From contig CAXXWT010000005.1 in assembly GCA_963674685.2 (NCBI GenBank), positions 711,579 through 775,578 on the forward strand: a DNA stretch of 64,000 nucleotides. Reading direction: 5' to 3'. A program made the translations under genes and the position numbers. The notes beneath the pieces are model-generated. The model was given only the letters and a program-made list of their open reading frames with translations. It was not told where the DNA came from and ran no database searches. Source of the stretch: a bacterium (lineage in GTDB: Bacteria; Lernaellota; Lernaellaia; JACKCT01). Shown one piece after another: positions 36,120 to 44,742 of this stretch. Position 1 is the stretch's first letter, and each line of letters begins with the position of its first letter.

Positions 36120-36196
36120 TTTTTCTTTTTAAGCAGACAGTTTTTTCTCTTAAAAAAAAGGAACCGCCGACAAAGCGATTCCCTTTTTTCTATCCA

Positions 36197-36280
36197 TGCA
36201 GAAGGGGGGATTCGAACCCCCACACCCGTAAGGGCACCAGCCCCTCAAGCTGGCGCGTCTACCAATTCCACCACTTCTGC
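36197..36280 (-). tRNA. tRNA-Leu (anticodon GAG), long variable arm, no encoded CCA
   Basis: The reverse complement is GCAGAAGTGGTGGAATTGGTAGACGCGCCAGCTTGAGGGGCTGGTGCCCTTACGGGTGTGGGGGTTCGAATCCCCCCTTCTGCA. Acceptor GCAGAAG/CTTCTGC, anticodon stem CCAGC/GCTGG, loop TTGAGGG. It closely parallels E. coli leuU. Confidence 0.95.
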
Positions 36281-36308
36281 ATATTGTAAAAGACCCTGAG
36301 ATTCTATT

Positions 36309-36875
36309 TTAATTCGTATCCGTTTTGGGCTCAGCTTCCTTTTCATCCGTCTGAGGCGATTTTTCGCCTTCAGCCGGAGCATCGGCTTTTGCTTCTTCGC
36401 CGGTTGCGCCCGCGTCGCCGGCGGCATTCGCATCCTCGGCTTTCGGCTCATCGGCTTTCGCCGCATCCGCGGCCTCATCGGCGGGCTTGGCGGCGTTAGC
36501 CTCGGCGGCGTTCGCATCTTCCGCGGCCGCTTCGCCAGCCGCCTTGTTATCGGCCTCTGTCGCCGGGACCGCTTCTTGGGGCTCGGCGGTCTGCTGCTGC
36601 GTTGTCTGCTCATTTTCCAGTTCGTCCAACACCGACGAACCCGTCTTACCGCTTAGATAAGCCAGCACCAGGCAGTTGATCATGAAAGCCACGGCCCCAT
36701 ATTTCGTCAGACTGGTCAGAAAACCGCCGGCGCCGGAGGAGCCGAAAACGGTGTTCGAACTGCCGCCGCCGAACATGGCGCCGAGGTCGGCCCCTTTGCC
36801 GGTTTGCAGCAGGATGACCAGAATCAGGAAAACCGAAACGATCACGTGAAAAATTGTCAGTATAATTGTCAGCAT
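36309..36875 (-). CDS. secG: Preprotein translocase subunit SecG with a long Ala/Glu/Asp/Lys-rich C-terminal extension
   Basis: ATG at 36875 with GAGGAGG upstream. 'MLTIILTIFHVIVSVFLILVILLQTGKGADLGAMFGGGSSNTVFGSSGA' is the SecG core, followed by a second TM segment. About 115 low-complexity residues follow. Confidence 0.85.
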   Translation of the reverse strand: MLTIILTIFHVIVSVFLILVILLQTGKGADLGAMFGGGSSNTVFGSSGAGGFLTSLTKYGAVAFMINCLVLAYLSGKTGSSVLDELENEQTTQQQTAEPQEAVPATEADNKAAGEAAAEDANAAEANAAKPADEAADAAKADEPKAEDANAAGDAGATGEEAKADAPAEGEKSPQTDEKEAEPKTDTN

Positions 36876-36945
36876 ATACTCATGCCTCCTCAATCAGGCG
36901 CGGCACTTTACTCATTCATGAAAAGGATTGCAAGGGGTTCAAAAA

Positions 36946-37287
36946 TCAAACGCTTTCCATGGATTCTTTTTCGCATTGGTTGATTTTCATGTTGCAATCG
37001 ATGACGCAAAGCCACAATTCTTTCGTATCGTCTGACGCGCAGTTCATGCTGCAATCGTCGAACAAATCATTGCACTGATCCAGTTCATCGGGGCTATACC
37101 AGTTGGAGCATTCGACCATTTCCTGTTCACATGCGTTATGGCACGGCACGGACACTTCCCGGCAGTCTCCGATGCATTCGTTTTCTTCATCCGGGTCATC
37201 GTCGTCATCGTCGCTTTCACAAAACAGCACCGGAAGCGTTATCGCGACCACGAACGCAAAGATACAAAAGCCCTTCAGTAATTTCAT
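36946..37287 (-). CDS. Small secreted acidic Cys-rich protein
   Basis: ATG at 37287 (AGGAG 9 nt upstream). Signal peptide MKLLKGFCIFAFVVAITLPVLFC, then DDDDDDPDEE, then 11 Cys within about 70 aa (CIGDCREVSVPCHNACEQEMVEC...). Confidence 0.6.
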   Translation of the reverse strand: MKLLKGFCIFAFVVAITLPVLFCESDDDDDDPDEENECIGDCREVSVPCHNACEQEMVECSNWYSPDELDQCNDLFDDCSMNCASDDTKELWLCVIDCNMKINQCEKESMESV

Positions 37288-37336
37288 CACCGGCATCTCC
37301 TAATAATTCGTTTACTGACGGATGATTTCATTCAAA

Positions 37337-38086
37337 TTACTTGAATTGCACAATGCGCGCGAAGGAATCGACCTTGAGCGAAGCGCCGCCGACCAGAGCC
37401 CCGTCGATGTCCGGGCAGGCCATGAGTTCGTCCACGTTGTCCGGCTTGACGCTGCCGCCGTACTGGATGCGCACTTTTTGCGCCAGATCCGCGTCGTAAA
37501 GCTCACCGAGAATCTTGCGGATAAATGCGTGCACTTCCTGCGCCTGATCCGGCGTGGCCACTTTGCCCGTCCCGATAGCCCAGACCGGCTCGTAAGCCAG
37601 AACCATTTTTCCCACATCGGAAGCGTCCAAACCGTCCAGACCCTCGCGCACCTGCGTTTCGATCAAATCCAGCGTGCCGCCGGCTTCGCGAACTTCGAGT
37701 TTTTCCCCGATGCAGTAAATCGGCGTCAACCCGGCGGCCAGCAGCGATCTGATTTTAGCGTTGCACGCGCCGCTGGTTTCTCCGTAATACTGCCTGCGCT
37801 CCGAGTGTCCGACCACGCCATATTTCGCCCCGACGCTTTTGACCATGGCCGCGGACACGTCCCCGGTGTAAGCGCCTTCATTTTCGGCCCGAATCTCCTG
37901 CGCTCCCACATCGACGGCGCTGCCGGCGACGGCGGCCGCGACGGATTCGATGAACGGATAGGGGGGAATCAGCACAACGTCGCGATCCGTTTCACCGACG
38001 GCTTTCACGAGTCCCTGCGCCAGCGCTTTCGCTGAATTTAAGTCCGTATACATTTTCCAGTTTCCGGCGAGAATATAACGACGCAT
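37337..38086 (-). CDS. tpiA: Triose-phosphate isomerase
   Basis: 'AGNWKMY', 'VGHSERR', 'AYEPVWAIGTG', 'YGGSVKP', 'GALVGGASL'. Confidence 0.95.
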   Translation of the reverse strand: MRRYILAGNWKMYTDLNSAKALAQGLVKAVGETDRDVVLIPPYPFIESVAAAVAGSAVDVGAQEIRAENEGAYTGDVSAAMVKSVGAKYGVVGHSERRQYYGETSGACNAKIRSLLAAGLTPIYCIGEKLEVREAGGTLDLIETQVREGLDGLDASDVGKMVLAYEPVWAIGTGKVATPDQAQEVHAFIRKILGELYDADLAQKVRIQYGGSVKPDNVDELMACPDIDGALVGGASLKVDSFARIVQFK

Positions 38087-38141
38087 TTTCTACCTCTCCC
38101 CTTTTATGTGGCGGTCAAGAAATTCAAGTTTTTCGGAAAAC

Positions 38142-38288
38142 TTGTCATTCCGACTGAAGCGAAGCGAAGTGGAGGAATCCCTTTAACGATGAGTGAGTAT
38201 TTAATTGACGTAAACATTTTTGCAAGGTCATCACGTCTCATTGAAGGGATTTCTCGACTCGTCCTGACGGACTCCCTCGAAATGACAA
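38142..38288. repeat. Intergenic inverted-repeat, MITE-like element between tpiA and pgk
   Basis: The left arm is ttgtcattccgac...ggaggaatccct (38142-38182). The reverse complement of the right arm (38246-38288) reads ttgtcatttcgag...gagaaatccct. Both arms share ttgtcatt...aatccct ends. The arms are imperfect. Confidence 0.5.
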
Positions 38289-38327
38289 CTTGTTGATTTT
38301 TCATCTTGTCAATGAACCGACAGCCTT

Positions 38328-39539
38328 TTACGCGGTGGGTTGTTCCTCTTCTTCCATCTCCAAAGCGGCCAATCCCGGCAAAACCTTGCCTTCCAGAAGC
38401 TCCAATGACGCCCCGCCGCCCGTGGAGATATGGGTGATTTTATCGGCCACGCCCGCGGCCTTGACGGCGGCCACCGAATCCCCGCCCCCGACGACGCTCA
38501 GGGCTTCAACCTCGGCGACGGCGTGGGCCACGGCGAAAGTCCCCGCGGCGAATTCCTCGATCTCGAACACGCCCATGGGTCCGTTCCAGATGATGGTTTT
38601 CGCGCCACCCAGAACTTCGGCGAATGCTTCCCGGGTTTTCGGGCCGATATCCAGGCCCATCTCGTCGCTTTCGAATCCGCCGGATTCCACGATGCGGCTG
38701 GCCACGCCCGCCTCCATCTTCGTGGCCACCACGTGATCCGTGGGAAGGTGAATCTGCACGCCCTTGTCTTGGGCGGAGCGCAGGATGTCTTTGGCCAGAT
38801 GGAGCTTGCCCGGCTCCACCTTGCTTTTCCCGACCTTTTCTCCGCGGGCTTTCAAGAATGTGTACGCCATGGCCCCGCCGATCAAAATGGAGTCCACGCG
38901 CTCGATCAGGTTTTTAATCACGCCGACTTTGTCGGACACCTTGGCGCCGCCCAGAATCGCCAGAACCGGCCGGGCGGGATCTTCCATGGCCAGCTTGAAA
39001 TACTGGATTTCCTTTCTCATGAGAAATCCGGCGCATTTTTCCTTGACCAGGCGCGGCAGCGCGTCGATGGATGTATGAGCCCTGTGGGAGGAGCCGAAGG
39101 CGTCATTGACGTAAACGTCGGTGAACTCGGCGAAGGCCCTGGCCAGATCCGGGTCGTTGGTTTTTTCCCCGGGATGAAAACGCAGATTTTCCAGCACCAT
39201 GATCTCGGCGTCCTTGATCTGATTGGCCCAGATCTTGACCCCGTCGGAAATGACCTCGGGCGCCTGCACCACGTCGCGGCGCAGCACTTCGGCCAGGCGC
39301 GCGGCGACGGGCTCCATGGAATACCGGGGATCCTTGGAGCCTTGCTTGGGCCGTCCCAGGTGACTGGCGACGATCAAGCGGGCTTCGTTGCGCAGAGCAT
39401 AGCGAATCGTCGGAACGACCGCTTTAATCCGCGTGTCGTCGGTGATCTCGCCCTTGTCGTTCATGGGCACGTTCAAATCGGCCCGAAGAAAAACCCGCTT
39501 GCCGTTCAGGTCGATTTCGTCAATGAATTTTATTGTCAT
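38328..39539 (-). CDS. pgk: Phosphoglycerate kinase
   Basis: ATG at 39539 (MTIKFIDEIDLNGKRVFLRADLNVP). '...ASHLGRP...', 'GGAKVSDK', 'GGGDSVAA'. The track start at 39632 lies in the REP-containing spacer. Confidence 0.95.
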   Translation of the reverse strand: MTIKFIDEIDLNGKRVFLRADLNVPMNDKGEITDDTRIKAVVPTIRYALRNEARLIVASHLGRPKQGSKDPRYSMEPVAARLAEVLRRDVVQAPEVISDGVKIWANQIKDAEIMVLENLRFHPGEKTNDPDLARAFAEFTDVYVNDAFGSSHRAHTSIDALPRLVKEKCAGFLMRKEIQYFKLAMEDPARPVLAILGGAKVSDKVGVIKNLIERVDSILIGGAMAYTFLKARGEKVGKSKVEPGKLHLAKDILRSAQDKGVQIHLPTDHVVATKMEAGVASRIVESGGFESDEMGLDIGPKTREAFAEVLGGAKTIIWNGPMGVFEIEEFAAGTFAVAHAVAEVEALSVVGGGDSVAAVKAAGVADKITHISTGGGASLELLEGKVLPGLAALEMEEEEQPTA

Positions 39540-39580
39540 GAAATGCCTTCCAAATGGAGGAATTGGACCAGGATTCAGGG

Positions 39581-39618
39581 CCTGCAAACGCGCGTGGCAC
39601 AGCCGCCCTCGGCTGTGC
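39581..39618 (+). repeat. REP-like element copy between gap and pgk
   Basis: cctgcaaacgcgcgtg, then gcacagccg (39597-39605), ccct, cggctgtgc (39610-39618). Confidence 0.75.
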
Positions 39619-39686
39619 AATTTTGCATACATAACCTCAGATTTGCGTTTCTTTTCACCCTGGACCCGAGACCCGGAACCCGATTC

Positions 39687-40736
39687 TTACAGCTTCGCTC
39701 CGACCATGGCCGCCAGGTCCACGAGGCGGCAGGAGTAACCCCATTCATTATCATACCAGGACAATACTTTCAGCGTTTTTTTGCCGATCATTTTCGTAAA
39801 GCCCGGATCGAAAATGGAACTGTGCGAGTCGCCGGTGAAATCCACGCTGACCATGGGCGCGGGGGCGTATCCCAGAATGCCCTTCAGCGCGCCTTCGGAA
39901 GCCTTTTTCATGGCCTTGTTGACATCGTCCGCGGTGGCGGCTTTGCCCAGGTTGACGGTCAGGTCGACGAGGCTGACGTTGGCCGTCGGCACGCGCACAG
40001 CCATGCCGTCGAGTTTGCCGTTGAGCTTCGGCAAAACCAGGCCGATGGCCTTGGCGGCGCCGGTTTTCGTGGGAATCATGGACATGGCCGCGGCCCTGGC
40101 GCGCCGAAGATCCTTGTGCGGGGCGTCCAGAAGGCGCTGATCGCTAGTGTAGGCGTGAATGGTGGTCATCAGGCCGTTTTTGATCTGGAAATTGTCGTCC
40201 AGCACCTTCGCCACGGGGGCCAGGCAGTTGGTAGTGCAGCTGGCGTTGCTGATGATGTGGTGCTTTTTCGGATCGTAGACATTGTCGTTGACGCCCAGGA
40301 CGAACGTGCCGTCCACGCTCTTTTTGGAATAACCGAATTTTTTCAGTTCTTCGGCGTCGCTTTCCTTGGACGGAGCGCTGAGGATGACCTTTTTTGCTCC
40401 GGCTTTCAGGTGCATGGACGCTTTGGCCGGCGAAAGGAAAAGTCCCGTGGAATCGATGACGATGTCCACATTCAGCTTGTCCCAGGGCAAGTCGGCGGGA
40501 TTGCGCTCGGCGAAAACCTTGATTTTGCTCGATCCGGCGACCAGGTTGCCGCCTTTGATGCCGACGTCTTTGGGATACGTTCCCATGACCGAGTCGTATT
40601 TGAACAAATGGGCCAGCGTGGCCGGATCGGTGATGTCGTTGACGGCCACGACTTTGATCTTTTTGGTCGCCAGCGCCCTGTGCAGAACGCTGCGTCCGAT
40701 ACGCCCGAACCCGTTAATGCCGACGCGAATTGCCAT
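39687..40736 (-). CDS. gap: Type I glyceraldehyde-3-phosphate dehydrogenase
   Basis: 'MAIRVGINGFGRIGR', 'SNASCTTNCLAP' (catalytic Cys), 'WYDNEWGYS'. Confidence 0.95.
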   Translation of the reverse strand: MAIRVGINGFGRIGRSVLHRALATKKIKVVAVNDITDPATLAHLFKYDSVMGTYPKDVGIKGGNLVAGSSKIKVFAERNPADLPWDKLNVDIVIDSTGLFLSPAKASMHLKAGAKKVILSAPSKESDAEELKKFGYSKKSVDGTFVLGVNDNVYDPKKHHIISNASCTTNCLAPVAKVLDDNFQIKNGLMTTIHAYTSDQRLLDAPHKDLRRARAAAMSMIPTKTGAAKAIGLVLPKLNGKLDGMAVRVPTANVSLVDLTVNLGKAATADDVNKAMKKASEGALKGILGYAPAPMVSVDFTGDSHSSIFDPGFTKMIGKKTLKVLSWYDNEWGYSCRLVDLAAMVGAKL

Positions 40737-40770
40737 GATTTCACCTCTTGGTCGTTTTTATGAAACAGCT

Positions 40771-40802
40771 TTCGAATCTTTTGAAAAAGCCCAAGATTCG
40801 AA
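40771..40802. promoter_or_regulatory. 10-bp perfect inverted repeat upstream of gap (TTCGAATCTT-N12-AAGATTCGAA)
   Basis: 40771-40780 and 40793-40802, 35-66 nt upstream of the gap start codon. Candidate operator. No regulator assigned. Confidence 0.3.
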
Positions 40803-40890
40803 AATTGGATTATCACAAAGCGCACCGCCGTTCAAGAGATCAAAGCCGGCATGGCGCCGAGTTTCGACGCGACCAACAACGATATGCCTT

Positions 40891-42456
40891 CTACTTCGAA
40901 TACACGGAAAGATCGCGCCAGCGTTCGCCGGCGTCACGTATAAGCGGCATCACTTCGTCACGAAAAGCCGGATCGGCGAAAGCGCTAGCGAAGTCGCGAG
41001 CCATTGTCCCGCCGTCGCGCAGGTCTATCCAAACATCGGGCAGAAATCCGCGCCCCTCTCGGAAATTCTCGCCGGCTAATATATTTCGTATAGTTGGGAC
41101 AAAGACTCGGAGGCCGGTTTTCGGCAAACGATACGGCATATCACTAATAAAGTTCATTGCTCCATTAGAATTCGTCCCGATCCCCACAGCACCCAATGCA
41201 CGGCGACTCGTAAGGACCGCCTCTTCACAAGCCGAAGAACAATAATCGTCCACGATTAGCATCATGTCTCCGGCAAATGGATCTTCCGCCCTGCCATTTA
41301 ATACAAACCTCCTGGTGGAAAATTCCGAAAAGGGCGTCCCCCGTCGCACAACGGCATTACTCACCAAGGTCCACAAATCATTAGGAACCCAGAAACGTAT
41401 TTTCCGGATTGAATCCCAATCTCGCTTCGTATGAGACAGCATTTCCGTCATCCAGTTGATCCGTCCTTGGCTCGTCGTCTCGCTGTTTAATAAGACAGGA
41501 GTCACACCTTCAAATGGGTTCGCCTTCAATGATTTCATCCACCAGTTAAAATACTCATTCCCACCCCCAAGATTTCCCTGAAGGTCAACGACAATCACAC
41601 GTGACTGATTGACCTCAGGGGCATAACGCGGCAAATCCCACAGGAATTTTGAATACTCTTCGTGGTTTCTACTGAAAGAGCCCAGGCGAAAGTATGTCGT
41701 TTCCCCCGTCTCTACACTGAGTAACTCCTTTAATTTTGCATTTGTTCTATTATTGGACAGTCTGTTGACAGCTATCTCGATGTATTCCTCGGTTCCATCA
41801 GGTCGCCGGAAACGGCAAGATATGGGCTGCTTGGAAGTTTTCGACAAATAGATTAGGCGCAGGCCGAAATGCCACTTATCTTCCTTTTTTATAGCCGCGA
41901 AATGCAGATCCTTTTCCAAGTCAAATCCCGGGCACTCGACTAATTGCGCGCCTTCAATGAAATCTGAGGAGGAAAGGCCTGCATCTACAAAAAGACCGTC
42001 CCCGGAACTTATCCAAAGATCCGCAACGTATGGATGTGTTCTACTGGGTTGTATTTTTCGGCAATTTGTCGGCCTGGGGTAAAAGCCCAAGTGATGATCC
42101 TCGACCTGATTGATGAAGTGTTCGATGATCTGCGCGAAGTCGCAGGTCGAAAATACTTCACTCTTGCCGTCAATCGCTCTTCGGCCCTCCGCAAACATGG
42201 CGTTCCAATCCTTGCCCTGGGCCCGGTAGTAATCATATCCGGCGTAGCCGGTTCGAATTATACGTTCAAAAACCGCCCAGTCGTGCTGGGCGTCGCTCCG
42301 GCTAATATCAACGGGTGACGGACGCCTCCAGTCGCTTGGTTTTACAATAAGATCGAAGTACGAGGGGGCTAAATGAACGATACACACGATAAGGATCGCC
42401 GCCGTGATAATGAGTACAATTGTGGCAAGCAGAAAGTATTTAATTAATCGTTTCAT
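40891..42456 (-). CDS. S41-family (tail-specific/Tricorn-core-like) peptidase, N-terminally anchored
   Basis: 'VIVVDLQGNLGGGNEY' resembles the D-x-R-x-N-x-GG region. 'MLIVDDYCSSACEEAVL' resembles the Ser nucleophile region. N-terminal TM segment KYFLLATIVLIITAAILIVCIV. The start could be 42456, 42474 or 42492. Confidence 0.55.
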   Translation of the reverse strand: MKRLIKYFLLATIVLIITAAILIVCIVHLAPSYFDLIVKPSDWRRPSPVDISRSDAQHDWAVFERIIRTGYAGYDYYRAQGKDWNAMFAEGRRAIDGKSEVFSTCDFAQIIEHFINQVEDHHLGFYPRPTNCRKIQPSRTHPYVADLWISSGDGLFVDAGLSSSDFIEGAQLVECPGFDLEKDLHFAAIKKEDKWHFGLRLIYLSKTSKQPISCRFRRPDGTEEYIEIAVNRLSNNRTNAKLKELLSVETGETTYFRLGSFSRNHEEYSKFLWDLPRYAPEVNQSRVIVVDLQGNLGGGNEYFNWWMKSLKANPFEGVTPVLLNSETTSQGRINWMTEMLSHTKRDWDSIRKIRFWVPNDLWTLVSNAVVRRGTPFSEFSTRRFVLNGRAEDPFAGDMMLIVDDYCSSACEEAVLTSRRALGAVGIGTNSNGAMNFISDMPYRLPKTGLRVFVPTIRNILAGENFREGRGFLPDVWIDLRDGGTMARDFASAFADPAFRDEVMPLIRDAGERWRDLSVYSK

Positions 42457-42665
42457 GAGAAAACTAAAAGACATGCATAAGGAAATTGTCAACCTCCGGT
42501 CTTTTCGTTATCCAATGAGGCTGGGATTATCTCTTTCCTTCTCGACCTGATTTCCCACCGGCCGTTTCGGCCCCGCCCGGTTTTTTTCCTTGAATCATTG
42601 CGCCAATCGCATTAGCATAGCTTTCTTGACTCTTGAAATTCATTGATCCGTGGAGGTTAGCCGTG

Positions 42666-43658
42666 ATGAAGCTCGAAGAAACTTTTATGCATTTTTTGCT
42701 CGAACACCAGGAGCGGCATAAAAGAACTCTTAACTTCCTGATTTTGATGGAAAATATCGTCGCCGCGGCCAAATACGTCCAGCACTATTACCGGTCCGCC
42801 GCCCTTCACGGAAATCTGGATCACGCGGGCAGAATCAACGTGCAGGGCGAGGTGCAGATGCGCCTGGACCTCATGGCCCACGAGATCATGATGCACTATC
42901 TCCATGAGTCCAAGCAGGTCATCGAAGCAGTCAGCGAGGAAGTCACCGAGGAAATCACCCTCGAAGAAAACGGCCGGTATTTCGTTTATTTCGATCCGCT
43001 GGACGGCTCCAGCAACGTGCGCCACAGCCTGCCCGTGGGCATTTTATTCGGCATCGCCAAAAGAAATTTCGACGGGCCGGAGGATTATCATCTCCGGCGC
43101 GGCTGCGAGTTCATCGCCGCGGGCATGTTTCTAATTCCCACCGGCGTGTTCACGTTCGCTCTCAAAGACGCCGGGGCCTGGCGTTTCATTCAGGATCCTT
43201 CCGGCATCTACATCAGGCCGACGAAGATCATGATCCCGAACAACCCGAAAAACTTCGAGCTTTCCTGGAACTCGTCGAATCGCCTGACTTTTTCTAAAAC
43301 CGTGCAAAAATGGCTGAAGGATTATGAAGAAGCCTTCAAATTCCGATACGCCGGCAGCCTGGCGGTGGACTTCCACCGGCTTTTGGACAACGGGGGCATG
43401 TTCATGTACCCGGCCGTCGTCAACCACCCCATCCCGGGCAAGAACCGCCCGCAGGGCAAGCTTCGCCTCATGTACGAATGCGCCGTGACGGCGCTCATTG
43501 TCCGAGAAGCCGGCGGAACGGCCATCGATGAAAACGGCGAGGACATCCTCAGCATTCAGCCGGTCAACCGCCACCAGCGCTCCGCGCTCTATATCGGAAG
43601 CAAGGAAGTGGTAAAAAGCATTCGCGACGTTCTCAAAGCGGATTTACCGGCATCCTGA
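42666..43658 (+). CDS. fbp: Class 1 fructose-1,6-bisphosphatase
   Basis: GGAGG lies 9 nt upstream of ATG 42666. 'YFDPLDGSSN', 'RYAGSLAVDFHR', 'GGMFMYP', 'GKLRLMYECAVTALIVREAGG'. Confidence 0.9.
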   Translation: MKLEETFMHFLLEHQERHKRTLNFLILMENIVAAAKYVQHYYRSAALHGNLDHAGRINVQGEVQMRLDLMAHEIMMHYLHESKQVIEAVSEEVTEEITLEENGRYFVYFDPLDGSSNVRHSLPVGILFGIAKRNFDGPEDYHLRRGCEFIAAGMFLIPTGVFTFALKDAGAWRFIQDPSGIYIRPTKIMIPNNPKNFELSWNSSNRLTFSKTVQKWLKDYEEAFKFRYAGSLAVDFHRLLDNGGMFMYPAVVNHPIPGKNRPQGKLRLMYECAVTALIVREAGGTAIDENGEDILSIQPVNRHQRSALYIGSKEVVKSIRDVLKADLPAS

Positions 43659-43799
43659 AAATTAAGGAAAAAAGGGGCAAGGGGAAAGAGAAAAGAGCCT
43701 GAACGCGGGTGGCGTCTGTGAGCGCCAGCGAGCTTACGCTTGTCCGTGCTTAATAGATCCTCTTAATATTGTAGTTGAATATTATGAACCGCGCGTGAT

Positions 43800-44168
43800 C
43801 TACGCGCCTTCGGGGATGTTGAAACACCGAGCCAGATCGCCGCAGCCTTTGGCTTCGGTGACGCATTGCATAAGCCAGTCGCTTAAGTCGGCGGCATATT
43901 CCACGCACTGCTCGATATCGAGATCATCGGTAAAACCGCACTCGTCGATTTTACGGCAGGCGATTTCGATCTTGTCCTCCTCGGAGGCGTCATCGTCGTC
44001 ATCGTCGTCATCATCGTCATCATCGTCGTCATCGTCATCGTCGTCGTCATCCCCGCCGGCGCCGTCGCAGGCCGAGGCAGTCACCGACAAAAATGATATC
44101 AGCAATAAGCAAAGCATGAATGCGAGTTTTTCGAAAATCGCTGTCGAGCCGGAATCCTCAAACTTCAT
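43800..44168 (-). CDS. Small lipoprotein-like protein with a run of 21 Asp and one degenerate copy of the Cys module found in 56477-57736
   Basis: Signal peptide ...MLCLLLISFLSVTASAC, then GAGG + D x21 (GAC/GAT run 43988-44050), then 'ACRKIDECGFTDDLDIEQCVEYAADLSDWLMQCVTEAKGCGDLARC'. Confidence 0.6.
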   Translation of the reverse strand: MKFEDSGSTAIFEKLAFMLCLLLISFLSVTASACDGAGGDDDDDDDDDDDDDDDDDDDDDASEEDKIEIACRKIDECGFTDDLDIEQCVEYAADLSDWLMQCVTEAKGCGDLARCFNIPEGA

Positions 44169-44306
44169 TTGAACACCCGTCCTGGTGCGTGGGCAAGGAA
44201 AAACTATCTTCCCTGATTCTACGTAGAACCATGGAAAAATCCAGCGATTGAATTTCTTTTAAGGTTCATCGGACGGTTGATTCGCGCACGGCGAATGCGA
44301 TCACGC

Positions 44307-44507
44307 TCAACTGAATCCGCTGCTTGGAGCGCAACCGCCGCGGGAATCGCCGCTTTTTTTGGATAAGGAACTCAAAGAAGCGATCTGTTTTTCCGTATTT
44401 TTCGAGGAGCAATGCTTGCAGGGTTGCGCTTCGCCGGATGCGGATATGGAAACCAGCTTCTCGAAAACCTCACCGCAATCCTTGCATTTGTAGACGTACA
44501 TCGGCAT
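44307..44507 (-). CDS. FmdB-family zinc-ribbon protein
   Basis: 'MPMYVYKCKDCGEVFEKLVSIS....PCKHCSS' has the CxxC...CxxC_SSSS pattern. Confidence 0.75.
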   Translation of the reverse strand: MPMYVYKCKDCGEVFEKLVSISASGEAQPCKHCSSKNTEKQIASLSSLSKKSGDSRGGCAPSSGFS

Positions 44508-44742
44508 CACTTGTCGTCCTTTATTTTTAATTGATTATCTTTTGCGCCGGCGTCGCCGCCCGCCGGGCGGCATTCGGGGCGCAGTCAGGTCGATACGCCG
44601 AGTCGCGGCAATATCACCGCCTGTAAAAGCACCCAGCCGACGATTACCAAAGCGATAATTAATGCATCCATAACCACCTCACCCACGATTCAGTCTTTGC
44701 ATTTTGATTTGTCGGGAAAATCATAATCCTATACCCCCCGTT

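Noticed and set aside
38430-40763. 777-aa plus-strand ORF
   Set aside because: It is antisense to pgk and gap, both of which are unambiguous on the minus strand.
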